From the human T2T-CHM13v2.0 reference genome, Homo sapiens, in NCBI GenBank assembly GCA_009914755.4, contig CP068257.2:35584001-35648000 (forward strand): DNA of 64,000 nucleotides, written 5' to 3'. Below are positions 1-14,127 of the stretch, in pieces (the first letter of the stretch is position 1; every line of letters starts with the position of its first letter). The position numbers and the translations under genes are program-made. Below the pieces are notes generated by a model that saw only the letters and a list, made by a program, of their open reading frames with translations, did no database searches and had not been told where the DNA came from.

Positions 1-1335
1 TAATAAAATGACGGCTACCACACTCATGGGTCACTGGGGCTGCGCAGGGCTCTTTGAGGTGGGTGGCTTCTTTTGGAAAGTACTATGAACGTCTCGAAGC
101 AGTATTCTAGTGATAAGAATTCTTAACATAGCCAAGCGCCCCACGTTTGTTCCCCACGTTTGTTCCCCTTTTCTGTTTGAAAAACCTGTTCTGGTAGCTC
201 CACAAGAGAGATGATACTGACTTTTTAAATTTTTTACAAGAGTCTGTATTCCTGATATGCCTATATTTTTCCTCAAAGATTCTGCATTTTAAGGATGGGC
301 ATAAGCAAACTATATTTTAATAATTTATAGTTAATGTTAAAATATTGGCTGATTTAGACCAAAAGATTCAAATCTCCTCTTTGTGAAATCCCATCTGCAT
401 TTGATTTTTTATTATTTTATGTTCCCCCGTTAGATTGTTTTAAGTGTTTGCTTTTCATCTTTTATAGATGTAATCTGATTTTCAAAAATCATTAACACTT
501 TTTAATTAGTATCGACTAAGACTTTTTCCCCCTGGAATCGAGGCTGTGTGTCCGTCATCCCAGCCCCCGGTTGGAGCCTGCTCTTTGAACTCCGCTGCCT
601 TCCTTAGCAGCTTCTGTCCTCTTCTGTGAGTCAGTCAGCGAGTGCTTGGGATCCGCATCCAGCCGTGCTGAGCACACAACAGGCTGTGTGTGGAAATGGC
701 CACCACCATTCTCCTTCCCCACCCCACCACAAAAAGAGAAGCTGTGTCTTTAGACAACCCTGAGGTATCTGTGTTACAATCGTTCTGTGTTTGATATTTG
801 TGTAAAGTATGCATGCAGTCTTGTACTGTGACCTAAGAACAAAACTGTAACTGCATTAGAAACCATGAAAAAATTAGATATTGTTTTGTGACTTTTAGAC
901 AGTGGTAAATATAGAACCATGAATTCTGGTCACATTCCATTTCTCTCCAACATGAAGGATCAAAAAATGTTTTTCAATGTGTTCTTTGTTCCACTGGAAA
1001 CTTAGAGTCATGAGTTTATGAGCTGATTTGGTCACCTTCCTCTGCCTTTGTTCACTGTGAGTTCTGATGTCTTAGTGACTTAGTTCTTAGAAGCTCACGC
1101 CTTAGTTTGAAACAGATTCTCCACGGTGGTCCCCAAAACACTGTCTGCATATCCATAAGAATTGAGCGCTATGGGTGTTAACGTGCATGAGGATCAGTTT
1201 GCAGCAGCAAGTACAAAAGGAGAAGAGGAACATCCGTTGAATGAGTGTGTTTTGTACATAACTTCAGATACTTGTGAACATGCCTTATATTTGTCCAACA
1301 ACTGTCAGAATAAAGAACATTCTAAAATGAGAAGT
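1..1335 (+). other. Putative terminal exon/3' UTR of the upstream plus-strand gene, ending at a poly(A) signal. From chr21 gene order and the remembered spacing to VPS26C this would be the TTC3 3' end.
   Basis: AT-rich, UTR-like, non-repeat sequence with AATAAA at 1308-1313. The distance from here to the inferred VPS26C 3' end matches the remembered TTC3-to-DSCR3 spacing (~20.3 kb). There is no coding evidence in the window. Confidence 0.3.
1308..1313 (+). terminator. Canonical AATAAA polyadenylation signal
   Basis: The hexamer AATAAA is followed about 20 nt later by a T/GT-rich stretch (gagaagttcactgtcactcttgtcc). Confidence 0.3.
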
Positions 1336-1889
1336 TCACTGTCACTCTTGTCCATTCTTTCTTAGAGAAGTTTAAAAATGCATTCTTCTGGAAAACTTAG
1401 GACATGTATGTCATGCTAACATTTTAAGAGTGCTTTCGTCAGGAAAGAACAGCCACGCCATGCTGTGTCTGAGGAGTCTGACCAGGGATCTCAGGGCGTT
1501 TTAGGGCCTGGGTCAGAATTTTCCTTTGTGCCTGCGTAAGATCGACTATAGGAGTTCACACAGAGATGATAGAGTTTACTTCTTAAGGCTAAATTAAGAG
1601 ATTTTTCATGTGAATACATATAAGGATGTTGAAGATAAATTGCATTCCTTGGTATATTTTTTGAGGCATTTGTGGATTTATGGGCCACTGAGGCTGTCGA
1701 TGGGGTTTCCTCTATAGAGGGGCTTCTGGGTATGCTGAGCACTCACAGAGTGAAAGCTCATTTGAAGAAAGCTCATTTTCAAAATCTGTCTTCTGTTTTT
1801 TCAAGTGTATTCAAAGTATTATCAGTACGTATTTTTAGTCTGATGGCATTTAATTTAATTTAAAGCAATGACTATTCCTTAAGAATTTA

Positions 1890-2231
<342 letters not shown>

Positions 2232-2646
2232 TTATGAATAATGGATAGCCTGGTATAAAATTGAAGTGGTGCCCCAGCAATGCAAAATGTTACTACGGTT
2301 TTAAGGTAATCTCAAAGACTACAGAAGTGCCCCCACTTATTCGTGATTTTGATTTCCACAGTTTGTTACCCACGGTCAGCCGTGGTCTGAAAATAGGCAA
2401 GTACAGTGCAGTACAATAAGATATTTTAAGGGGGAGAGACCACACTCACATAATCTTTACTACAGTGTAATTGTTCTATTTTATTACTAGTTCTAGTTGT
2501 TCATTTCTTACTGTGCCTAATTTATAAATTAAACTTCATCATAGATACATATGTATAGGAGAAAACATTGCATATGTGGGGATTGGAATTTTCTGTGGTT
2601 TCAGGCATCCACTGGAGGTCTTGGAACATATCTCCCACGGATAAAG

Positions 2647-2670
2647 GATGTGTGTGTGTGTGTGTGTGCA
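2647..2670. repeat. (TG)n microsatellite
   Basis: Run of tgtgtgtgtgtgtgtgtgtg. Confidence 0.9.
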
Positions 2671-3458
2671 GTGGCAGCAGGTGGTCAAAGTGCTCAACAC
2701 ACCACAAACTGAAGCAGTAAAACTATTTTAGAGTAGTTTTTTAGTCAGATGACTGGAGAAGGGAATTAAAGGAAACAGTAGAAGACACAATAGCAAAGAT
2801 GGAAGTTCCTTCTGTCAGCCTGAGGTACTTACTCAGGAGGCTGAAAAAGCAGAGGCCGTAAAGTGATAGGATGGTTGGTCAGAATGAGGACCAAAAAGCA
2901 TCTGCAGTATGACCTCAGAAAGAAAGAAGGTATCAGAAGGAGAAGCTGGGAGGGTATACAGATGAGTAAATTCCTGGTGAAGTGCTCAGCACAGTGCCTG
3001 CACACAAACTCGTGATAACCGGAGCTAACAACTAACTGTCACTAAGATTAAGGGCCTGGAAATTGCACAAGAAAGAGTAGGATAGTACAGTAGGAAAGCC
3101 GCCGTTAGGTTAGGAAGTCCACTTCCTCAGTGTGGCCTGGATTGGAACACGATCCAGTGGTGAAAAGAGCAAGAAGAAATCAGATCACCTCAAAGTCGTT
3201 TTGGAAAATAACAGCTTTGTTCCTGAGATCTCCCTGAATTGACTTCAGGAATATTGTGATTCTATAGCAATGGATCATTTCACCTTTTGGCTTTCCCAAA
3301 TTATCGGACTGAGCAGCTTTGAGTCAACCTTTCCTATCCAGTTTGGGTTGAGGATCAGGGCCCTGTGGTGGGCTCACTAGGGATATGCCCTGGAGCATCG
3401 GTGTGGCCAGGCAAGGCTCATTGTAGTGGAGGTGTGTAGTCCAGACTCCCTGGCTTAG

Positions 3459-3796
<338 letters not shown>

Positions 3797-3987
3797 ATTG
3801 CCTCCACTTTATACTGTCTCTTCCTATTCTCCCTTTAAAGGTGAAAAAAGATAAATATTAGCAAGAATGCAGAAACTAAACAATAGTAAACTAGAAAATC
3901 CTAATGAGTCATCCATTAATCAAGTCGGATTGATAAACCATCATGGCAAAAAGAGACTTTTAACTATGTTAAGAAGAATAATTTGGG

Positions 3988-4285
<298 letters not shown>

Positions 4286-4755
4286 GATCTCCATATGAAA
4301 ATAAATGAAGCTTGACCTCTCACAGCATATACAAATGTCAATTCCCAATGGATCACAGTCCTCAATATGGAAAGCAAAATAATGCAGCTTCTACAAGAAA
4401 ACAGACAATCTTCCTGCCCCTGGAATAGGCAAAGATTTTAAGGAATCACTAGCTCCAAGAATAAAATGTTGATAAACTGGATTTTGTTGCACTAAGAACT
4501 CTTAAGTTGCTGTTGAGAGAGTGAAAAGGCAAACCATGAAGTGGAAGACGCTGGTAATCCACACTTCCAACAAGACTCCTCCAGAATGTACAAATAACTA
4601 CAAATCAGTAAGAAAAAGATAACAATATATTAGAAATAGGCAAGAGATTTGAATAGGCACTTCGCAAGTATCCAGATGGTTTGTAGGCATTTTGATAGCC
4701 ACATTTGTTCAAAATCAATCACCAAGGAAATATAAATTAGAACATTGCTGGCAGG

Positions 4756-5118
4756 GTGATAGGGTTTGGATTCGTGTCCCTGCCCAAATCTCACGTCGAA
4801 TAGGAGGAAGGGCCTGGTGGGAGGTGATTGGATCATGGGGGCGGATTTCCCCCTTGCTGATCTCATGATAGTGAGTCCTCATGAGATCTGATAGTTTAGA
4901 AGTGTGTGGCATTCCCCTTTGGCTCTCTCTCTCCTGCCCCCATGTAAGTCATGCTTGCTTCCCCTTCACCTTCCTCCATGATTGTACATTTTCCTGAGTC
5001 TCCCAGCCATGCTTCCTGTTAAGCCTGTGGATCTGTGAGTCAATTAAACCTCTTTTCTTCATAAATTAGCCGGTCTCAGGTAGTTCTTTATAGCAGCGTG
5101 AGAACGGACCAATACACA
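4756..5118 (+). mobile_element. MaLR solo LTR of THE1/MST type
   Basis: Recognisable MaLR LTR landmarks: TGATA(G)GGTTTGG...CCCAAATCTCA...GGTGGGAGGTGATTGGATCATGGGGGCGGATTTCCCCCTTGCTGATCTCATGATAGTGAGTCCTCATGAGATCTGATAGTTT...CTGTGAGTCAATTAAACCTCTTTTCTTCATAAATTAGCCGGTCTCAGGTAGTTCTTTATAGCAGCGTGAGAACGGACCAATACACAG. Confidence 0.8.
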
Positions 5119-5218
5119 GGGTATTTTAAGTTGTCTTGAAGTTTCCTGGTTCTAGCAGGTAGGACCATGTACTTAGCAAGGACCTGTTTTGCTGTTCTCT
5201 GGGGCATGGGTGAAGGTC

Positions 5219-5312
5219 TGGGGTGTGAGAGGCTACAGTGAGCTGTAATCACACCACTGCACTCCAGCCTGGGGGACAGAGTGAGACCCTGTCTCAAAAA
5301 ACAAAAAAAAAA
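5219..5312 (+). mobile_element. Alu 3' fragment (right-arm end with poly-A)
   Basis: GCTACAGTGAGCTGTAATCACACCACTGCACTCCAGCCTGGGGGACAGAGTGAGACCCTGTCTCAAAAAACAAAAAAAAAA. Confidence 0.85.
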
Positions 5313-8300
5313 TTGAATCATGTATACACTTATATCAAAAACCAATGTACTCCTGATTACCTCAACTTATTATGTTGGGATTATTGAGGTCTATAGTATC
5401 TGTATGGTGGAAATACCGTATAATGCAACTCTTCCCAACTCTGTGTTTAGTGGGGTGACACTGGTAGCTTGAAATCAACCATCGTTGGAGTACTAACACC
5501 ACAGTCATTGGCAAATGCTGTTTTGCTTCCCTGGAAAAGCTGGTAAAGCCTGGAGTTCTGCTGGTCTGGTGGTGCTGGTCTGGTGGTGCTTGATACCTTT
5601 CTCATTTCACATTTGAAATGGTGATTCAGGCACTCAGCAAACCCTGCTGGGATGATTTCTGCTGAGAGAGCTCCTTCCCATTGCTCTTTGGCTAGGGTCC
5701 TCACTTCCCTTGCCACCGCCTGGCCTTGCCTGGTTCTCTGCCATCCTGGAAAGGAGACACTGCTCTCTGCAGCGTCTCTGGCCCAGAGACAGGCCGAGTC
5801 TGTCATTGCATTAGCCTCTTAGTGGTTCCTTGGGGGCCACTCCCAGCAGAACCTCTGTCCCTGCCACAACAGGTCCTGTGCTACGAAACACCAAGGAAGT
5901 CCCCTTCCTGCCTCTGGCCAGGCCCTGCCTGAGAGGGTGCATGTGAATGCAAAGCAGGTCTGTTTCAGGAGTGCCCAAAAAGAAGCCACCAGGAGGACAC
6001 CTCCATGCCAGAGGTGACTCATCTTACCTCCCAGAGGAAGGACTGGGGCCGGTCCCTTGGCCTTGCCAGGACAGCCTCCACAACGAGCAGCTGGTATGGT
6101 TACAGGGCTCCTGTGGCAGGCACTTCAAAGAGACAAGCTTGCTCTCTGTAACATGTGCCTTTGTGTCAAACAGACCTGTCATTGTTTTCAGCAAATACCT
6201 TGGGACTTCAGTGCATAAATACCATTCTAGGTATTTTTCAGAAGTTGTGTATAAAGGCATTCTGCCTAATTCCTTCAGTCCTCTATTTCAGTTTCTATTT
6301 ATTTGGTGTGATAGAAAGCTCTTAATTTAGATCTCCCCACCGCCAGTTCCAAGAAATCTGCCACCAGCTCCAAGCCTCATGTCCTGAAGTGCCACCTCAT
6401 TCCCGCGGGGTGAGCCAGCAGCCTCTGAAAAGAGGAAGCCATTGAACAGATCACACTGTGCCTCCCGCCGCTGGCTGCCGCCCCAGCGCCAGCAGGACTC
6501 CGGCTTTGACTGGGGACTCACTGGAGGCCACATCGCTTTTGCTTCCAGTTTCCAAACTGCCACCACCTCGAAACTGCCAGACCTTTGAAAGCTGAGGCAC
6601 AGTGCCTCACCCCTTCCTTCAGAAGACTGTCCAGCTCCCCCTCCTTCCCCTCCTCCCTCCCCCACTGGGGACCTCTCCTAGGGGAGGGGTCTGGTGTCCT
6701 CAGCTGGCTCCTCTCCACCTTCGCTTCTACCCGGGGGCTCCAGTGCATCTGGCTTTATCTCTGGGGTGAGCCATGCGGCCCTGGTCATCTGGACGGGCCA
6801 CTGAACTCCACACATTCACCTGTTCACTGGCTCATCCATTCATTCATCTGGTCTCATGTGCTGCCCTGTTCTAGGTGCTTCCATACAAAGGGGACAGAAG
6901 AGATGATGGAAGGCCTCAGTACTGCAGGAGGGGAGACGGATGTCATCTACAATCACACAATACATGGGAGGTCACAGGTGATCCCGAGGAAAACGAAGCT
7001 GGGAAGGGGATGAGGGAGTCTCTTTGTCTAAACTTGACCCAGGTTTAGACAGAAGCCAGGAACGGCGTCATCTGAGTGCAGCCTGAGGGACGGGGGAGGA
7101 GGTAGGGGCAGGGGCGGGCAGTCAGGCAGAGAAGCCAGTGGAGCGATGCCCGCTAGGGTGTTTCCAGAGCCCGAGGAGGCCAGAGCCGCTCTTTGCCTGG
7201 AGGATTGTACAGAAGTGGGGATTCCCAGGGGGTGGATGGGGGTGGGGGCTGGGGGGCAGTGGCCTGAGCCTGGCAGCTCAGGGATTCATGCGGCAGGCGG
7301 TGCAGCTTGTTGGTCAACCTCATGAAATACTAGTTTTGCACGTGGCCTTAGACTCTGGGGACTTGGTCTGGGGCCAGGTAGGGGGCATTTCTGATGTGAT
7401 GTCACCTGTGTTACTCTATCCGTCAGGGCCTTACGGAGCCCTTGCTTCCTCCAACACCCCCACCGGCTTTCTCCTGTGGCTTAAAATTGACCTAGTCAGT
7501 CCTGCCAGTGGGTCTACCCTGCAGGCCCATGGGAGCACCCATGGATCCCAGTCCTGGCCCAAGCACCTGCCCTCACTGCTACCCACCCCAAGCCATCAGC
7601 CTCATTCTCACTTTACCTCCTCACACCTGGTTTCACTGAAGCCTGGGCCAGCCCCCTCAACCCCTTCCCAAGCTCCCATCTACCCCTGCCACAGCCCTGC
7701 TCCCTGCAGCAGGGGCCTCAGAAGTTAGTCTCTTGGAGCGCTGGGGTTAAATGAATGTGCCTTGCACATACTAGCTGCTCAGTAAACACAAAAAAACTCA
7801 ACCCAGGCTCCAGAACAAGAGCCACACCCCACAAGCTGGCTGTGGTGGCCTCTGAATCTGAATTCCCACCTCCATGTGACCTTCCTTAAGCCCCTCACTC
7901 CAGCCCTGCTCTTCACCATCTCCCAACATGATATTTACTAATGGTCATTTCAGGTACTGTGTTACCTGTCCACAAACATTGCAGCATTTAATTTCCCCAA
8001 GTACCCTATGAAGAAGAGATTACTCTTGCCTGCATTTTACAGACAAGGAAATAAACCTAAAAGGTTAAGTGATTTCCCCAAGGTCATGTAACTGGAAAAT
8101 GTCAGGATTTGCACTTGCTAAGCCAACTCTCTCCTCTAGCCATTCTGCTTCTTCCTCTTAATACAAAACCCACTTGTCCCCCAAGGTTCAGCTCAGGTTC
8201 CCATGCCAAAACCAAACCTTCTTAGGCATGCAGGTGGCAAAAGCCTTGGAACCCCTGTTTACTACTGCTCACCCTCACACCACGGCTGCAGTGGCTTTCC

Positions 8301-8940
8301 CCTTCACGTTTGCTCATGAGGCTGATGCAGGGCAGGTGAGACCCAAAATCGGGGCTTAGCCCGGGAGGGTTCTTGGCTTCACCCTGGAAAGAATTCAAGG
8401 GCAAGCTGGTGGTGTTAAGACAGCAATTTTTATTGAAGCGGCCATGCATAGCGGCAGCACAGGTGCTGCTCCCTGCAGAGCAGGGCTACCCCATAGGCAG
8501 TGCGTCCAGAGTAACAGCTCAGAGGCAGTGCTGCAGTCCTATTTATAGCCACTTTTAATTATATGTAAATTAAAGGGCAGATTATGCAGGAGTTTCTAGG
8601 AAAAGGGTGGTAACTTCTGGGTTGTTGAGTCCTTGCCATGGGAAGGGGAAGTAATGTCCGGGTGTTGCCAAGGCAATGGTAAACTGACATGGCACACGAG
8701 TGAATGTGTCTTATGGACGGTTGCTTCTTTTTAGGACTTTATATATTCTAGACACAAGTCATTTGTCGGATGTGTTTTGTAATTTTTCTTCAAGTCTGTG
8801 GCTTGCATTTTCATTTTCTTAACAGTATTTTTTAACGGTCTTTTGAAATTTTGAGGAAAAGTCTTCAATTTTGATGAAGTCCAATTTATTATTTTTTTCT
8901 TATTATTTTTATACTTAGTTTTTTTTTTATTTAAAAAAAA

Positions 8941-9058
8941 TCAGCAAGGCTGGGCATGGTGGCTTGTGCCTGTAATCCAGTACTTTGGGAGGCCAAAGTG
9001 GGTGGATTACTTGAGTATAGGAGTTTGAGACCAGCCTAGGCAACACAGCAAGATCCCC
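8941..9058 (+). mobile_element. Alu left-monomer fragment
   Basis: GGCTGGGCATGGTGGCTTGTGCCTGTAATCCAGTACTTTGGGAGGCCAAAGTGGGTGGATTACTTGAG... Confidence 0.85.
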
Positions 9059-9077
9059 CCCTCCCCATCTCTTTTTT

Positions 9078-9192
9078 CAGAAGAAGAAGGAGAAGGAGAA
9101 GAGGGAGAGGGAGAGGGAGAGGGAGGGGGAGGGGGAGGAAGGGAAAGGGTGGGGAGGGGGAGGAGGAGGAGAGAAGGAAAGAAGAAGGAGGA
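9078..9192. repeat. ~115-bp pure polypurine/polypyrimidine tract with (GGAGAA)/(GAGGGA)/(GGGGGA)n mirror repeats
   Basis: One strand carries no pyrimidine over more than 100 nt: agaagaagaaggagaaggagaagagggagagggagagggagagggagggggagggggaggaagggaaagggtggggagggggaggaggagga... Confidence 0.9.
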
Positions 9193-9249
9193 AACAAATC
9201 TGCCAAACCACCCAAAGTCAATAAGATTATTCTTCTCAAAGTTTTTTAG

Positions 9250-10335
9250 TGTTCTTACATTTAGGTCTCTGATCATTTTCTAGTTGATTTTTGTATGTGC
9301 TATATCATGAGGATTGAGGTTCACTTTCTTTTTGCATATAGTTAACTGGTTATTTCAACTTGGAGCCTTGAAATCATGTAGCGTAAGTCCTCTAATTTTG
9401 TTCTTTTCCAATTTTGCTGTTGACTATTCTATTTATTGCCATATTAATTTTACAATTAACATCAATTTTTACCAAAAAGTCTGCTTGGATTTTGATCTAA
9501 GCATCTATAGATCAATATAGGGAGACTTGACACCTTTACATGATTGAATCTTCCACTCTGTGAATATGGAATATCTCTCCATTTATTCAGGTATTCTTTA
9601 ATTTCTTTCAGGAATATTTTGTAGTTTCTGGTGTACACATCTTTCAATCTTGCACATCTTTTGTGAAATTCATCCCTAAGTATTTTCTATTTTTGATGCT
9701 GTTAACAATGTTTACTTTAATTTTAATTTCTGATTGTTCATTGCTAGGATATAAAAAAGCAATTGGTTTTTGTATATTTATTTTATATCCTGCAACCTTG
9801 CTAAAGCCACTTATTGGTTCTAGTAGCTTCTTTTTATGGATTCTGTAGAATTTTCTACATAAATAATCATGTCATCTGAGAATAAAGATAGTTTAAATTC
9901 TTTCTTCCCAATCTGGATGCCTTTTATTTCTTATCTTACTGAACTACATACAATGCAATTAAGTCCAAATGTTGAATAGAAGAGATGAGAGTGGGCAATT
10001 TTACTTCATTCTTCATCTTAGACTGAAAGCATTCAGTATTTTACTACTAAGTATAATGTTGATTGTAGATTTTTTGTAGATGCCCTTTAGCAGGTTGAGG
10101 AAGTTCTTTTATAGTTCTAATTTGCTGAAAGTTTTTTTTAAATCAGAAGTCAATAACAGATTTGTCAAATTTTTTCTGCAATTTGGATGATTATATGTAT
10201 CAAATTTTAAGTTTTCCTTGTTTAATCTGTTAATATGATAAATTATTTTTAAATGTTAAGCCAACTTTACTTTCTTGGGATAAACCCCACTTGGCCATCC
10301 TTTTTATATTATTGTTGAATCCAATGTTCTAATTT
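9250..10335 (-). mobile_element. Old L1 fragment (ORF2-derived, antisense to the window plus strand)
   Basis: Typical L1 antisense strings: ...ccatttattcaggtattctttaatttctttcaggaatattttgtagtttctggtgtacacatctt...ttcatccctaagtattttctatttttgatgctgttaacaatg... and gggataaaccccacttggccatcctttttatattattgttgaatc. No intact ORF. Confidence 0.75.
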
Positions 10336-10749
10336 TTGAAGTGAATATTATTTTAAATTGACAAATCATAAGTGTATATATTTATGGGATACATTGTGAT
10401 GTTTTGATATGTGTATACAATGTGGAATAGTTAAATCAAGCTAACAAATATATCCACCAACTCACTTATTTTTTTGTGGTGATACATCTGAAATTTACTC
10501 TTTTAGCTATTTTGAATATACAATGCATTATTAACTGTAGTCACCCTGCTGTGCAAATAGATCTTGAACACTTATTCCTTCTGCCTAACTGAAACTTTTT
10601 ACCCTTTGACAACGTATTTCCATTCTCTCTCCTGTCCCTACTCCCCAGCCTCTGGTAGACACCATCCTATTCTCTACTTCTATGAGTTTGACTTTTTTAG
10701 ATTCCATATGCAAGTAAAATCATGTGGTATTTGTCTTTCTGTGACTGGC

Positions 10750-10754
<5 letters not shown>

Positions 10755-10790
<36 letters not shown>

Positions 10791-11021
10791 GAGACAGAAT
10801 CTTGCTCTGTCTCCCAGGCTGGAGTGCAGTGGCATGATCTCAGCTCACTGCAACCTCTGCCTCCCAAATAGCTGGGACTACAGGCGTGCGCCACCACACA
10901 CGGCTAATTTTTGTATTTTTGGTAGAGATGGGGTTGGTCTCAAACTCCTGACCTCAAGTGATCCACCCACCTTGGTCTCCCAGAGTGCTGGGATTACAGG
11001 TGTGAGCCACCATGCCCAGCC
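10755..11021 (-). mobile_element. Alu nested in the L1, reverse orientation, with a ~35-nt poly-T
   Basis: Poly-T(35) followed by AAATGAGACAGAATCTTGCTCTGTCTCCCAGGCTGGAGTGCAGTGG, ending ...GTGAGCCACCATGCCCAGCCCG. Confidence 0.95.
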
Positions 11022-11109
11022 CGACTGGCTTAACATAATGCCCTCTAGGTTCATCCATGTTGTCATAAATGACAGAATTTCCTTATTTTTTTTTCCATAA
11101 GAGACAGCC

Positions 11110-11215
11110 TTAAATAAAAAAGAAAGAAAGAAAGGGAAAGAAAGAAAGAAGGAAAGAAGGAAAGAAAGGAAGGAGGGAAGGAAGGAAAGAAAGGGAAGGA
11201 AGGGAAGGAAGGGCC
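11110..11215. repeat. (GAAA)n/(GGAA)n purine microsatellite
   Basis: aaagaaagaaagaaagggaaagaaagaaagaaggaaagaaggaaagaaaggaaggagggaaggaaggaaag... Confidence 0.9.
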
Positions 11216-11520
11216 CTTTTTTTTTTTTTTTTTTTTTTTGAGACAGAGTCTCGCTCTGTTGCCCAGGCTGGAGTGCAGTGGCGTGATCTCAGCTCACTGC
11301 AACCTCTGCTTCCCGGCTTCAAGCAATTCTCTGCTTCAGCCTCCTGAGTAGCTGGGATTACAGGTGCCCACCACCACGTCAGGCTAATTTTTTGTATTTT
11401 TAGTAGAGACAGGGTTTCACCATCTTGGCCAGGCTGGTCTTGAACTCCTGACCCCATGATCCACCCACCTCAGCATCCCAAAGTGCTGGGATTGCAGGCA
11501 TGAGCCACTGTGCCCAGCCA
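11216..11520 (-). mobile_element. Alu nested in the L1, reverse orientation
   Basis: Poly-T followed by GAGACAGAGTCTCGCTCTGTTGCCCAGGCTGGAGTGCAGTGGCGTG, ending ...GCATGAGCCACTGTGCCCAGCCA. The L1 motif cagaatttcctt is present on both flanks, which looks like a target-site duplication. Confidence 0.95.
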
Positions 11521-11757
11521 GAATTTCCTTCTTTTTAAAAGCTGAATAGTATTCCATGGTGTCTATAGATGTATCATATTTTCTTTATCCATCCATCTGT
11601 TGATGGTCACCCAGGTTGATTTCATATCTCAGCTATTGTGAATAATGATTCAGTGAACATGAGAGTATGCCCGGCCTCTTTCACTATCAAAAAGATAATA
11701 GCCATTGTAACAGGTATAAGGTGATATCTTTGTGGTTTTAATTTGCATTTTCCTGGT

Positions 11758-12073
<316 letters not shown>

Positions 12074-12214
12074 ATTAGAAATAGTTGTTTCCAATTTCTA
12101 ATTTTTAAAAGTTTTTTGCATCCATGTCCATGAAGAATATTAATCTATATTTTCTTATATTGTCTTTCTTTGACTTTGATAACAAGGTGATTTGGCTTCA
12201 TATAATGAACCCAG

Positions 12215-12320
12215 ACATCCTTCCTTCCTCCCTCCCTCTCTCCGTTTCCCTTCCCTTCCCTTCCCTCCCCTCCCCTCCCCTCCCCTCCCCTCCCCTCCCT
12301 TCCCTTCCCTTTCCAACAGG
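12215..12320. repeat. (CCCTT)/(TCCCC)n pyrimidine-rich simple repeat
   Basis: ccttccttcctccctccctctctccgtttcccttcccttcccttccctcccctcccctcccctcccctcccctcccctcccttcccttccctttcc. Confidence 0.9.
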
Positions 12321-12325
12321 GTCTC

Positions 12326-12892
<567 letters not shown>

Positions 12893-13269
12893 TGGTATTC
12901 TTTTCTCTGTGATTTTCTGAAAGAGTTTGTGTGGAATTGGTATTATTTCTTCCATAAATTTTGTTAAAAGTCATCACTAAACCCATGTGGGCCTGTAATG
13001 TTGGGTTTTCATTTTGGTTAAGTTCAAAATATTTCCTAATTTTGATCTTCTCTTTAACCCATGAGTTATTTAAAAGTATGCTATTTAGTTTCCAAGTATT
13101 TGGAGAGTTTTCAGATATTTTTCTGTTACTAATTTCTAATTTAATTCCAAGAGTCAGAGCATATACTTTGTATAATTCAAATCCTTTTACAATTATTAAG
13201 ACTTTGAGTTGTTTTATAGTCCACAGTATAATCTATCGTGGCAAATGTTCATGTGTACTTAAAATATGA

Positions 13270-13345
13270 ATTCTGAGCCGAGCGTGGTGGCTCATGCCTG
13301 TAATCCGAGTATTTTGGGAAGCCAAGCAGGGCAGATTGCTTGAGG
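13270..13345 (+). mobile_element. Alu left-monomer fragment
   Basis: GCCGAGCGTGGTGGCTCATGCCTGTAATCCGAGTATTTTGGGAAGCCAAGCAGGGCAGATTGCTTGAGGTTGGGAGTTCGAGACCAG. Confidence 0.85.
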
Positions 13346-13442
13346 TTGGGAGTTCGAGACCAGATGTTGTGCAATGTGCCAGACAGTCCCAGAGAGCGAA
13401 GTCTGATTCTGTGCTCGGTAAGACTTTCCAAAGTCCCACTGA

Positions 13443-13786
<344 letters not shown>

Positions 13787-13826
13787 ATTTTAAGATTTCT
13801 AAGAGCTGAATTTGAAAAGTAAAAAT

Positions 13827-14127
13827 GAGCTGAGTGCGATGGCAGTCACCTGTAGTCTCACCTACTTGGGAGGCCGAGGCAGGAGGATCCCGTTAGCCTG
13901 GGAGTTCTGGGCTGTAGTGTGCTGTGCTGATTGAGTGTCCACAGTAAGTTCAGCATCAATATGGTGACCTCCTGGGAGTGGGGGACTACCAGGTTGCCTA
14001 AGGAGGTGTGAACCGGCCCAGATCAGAAATGGAGCAGGTCAAAACTCCCATGCTAATCAGTAGTGGGACTGCACCTGTGAATAGGCGCTGCATTTCAGCC
14101 TGGGCAACATAGCGAGACTCCCTCTCT
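13827..14127 (+). pseudogene. RN7SL-like: 7SL (SRP RNA, RN7SL) retropseudogene, ~300 nt, diverged, followed by an A-rich tail to ~14170
   Basis: It contains the 7SL-specific central S-domain that Alu lacks: GGGCTGTAGTGTGCTGTGCTGATTGAGTGTCCACAGTAAGTTCAGCATCAATATGGTGACCTCCTGGGAGTGGGGGACTACCAGGTTGCCTAAGGAGGTGTGAACCGGCCCAGATCAGAAATGGAGCAGGTCAAAACTCCCATGCTAATCAGTAGTGGGACTGCACCTGTGAATAGGCGCTGCATTTCAGCCTGGGCAACATAGCGAGACTCCCTCTC. This matches the remembered 7SL RNA with roughly 10-15% divergence. Confidence 0.85.

Noticed and set aside
7138-7728. 196-codon plus-strand ORF (and neighbouring 112-142-codon ORFs at 6327-7013)
   Set aside because: The region is GC-rich and Pro/Gly/Ser-rich, with no recognisable domain. 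Overlapping ORFs occur on both strands, and the ORF is not bounded by splice-site signals. It is a typical composition artefact of GC-rich intergenic DNA, possibly near the DSCR9 5' region.
5400-8600. Long repeat-free GC-rich stretch considered as possible coding exons of an unannotated gene
   Set aside because: The ORFs are short or overlapping on both strands, and I found no convincing acceptor and donor pairs that join in frame. This is more consistent with an intergenic or lncRNA (DSCR9 5') region. It cannot be resolved without expression data.
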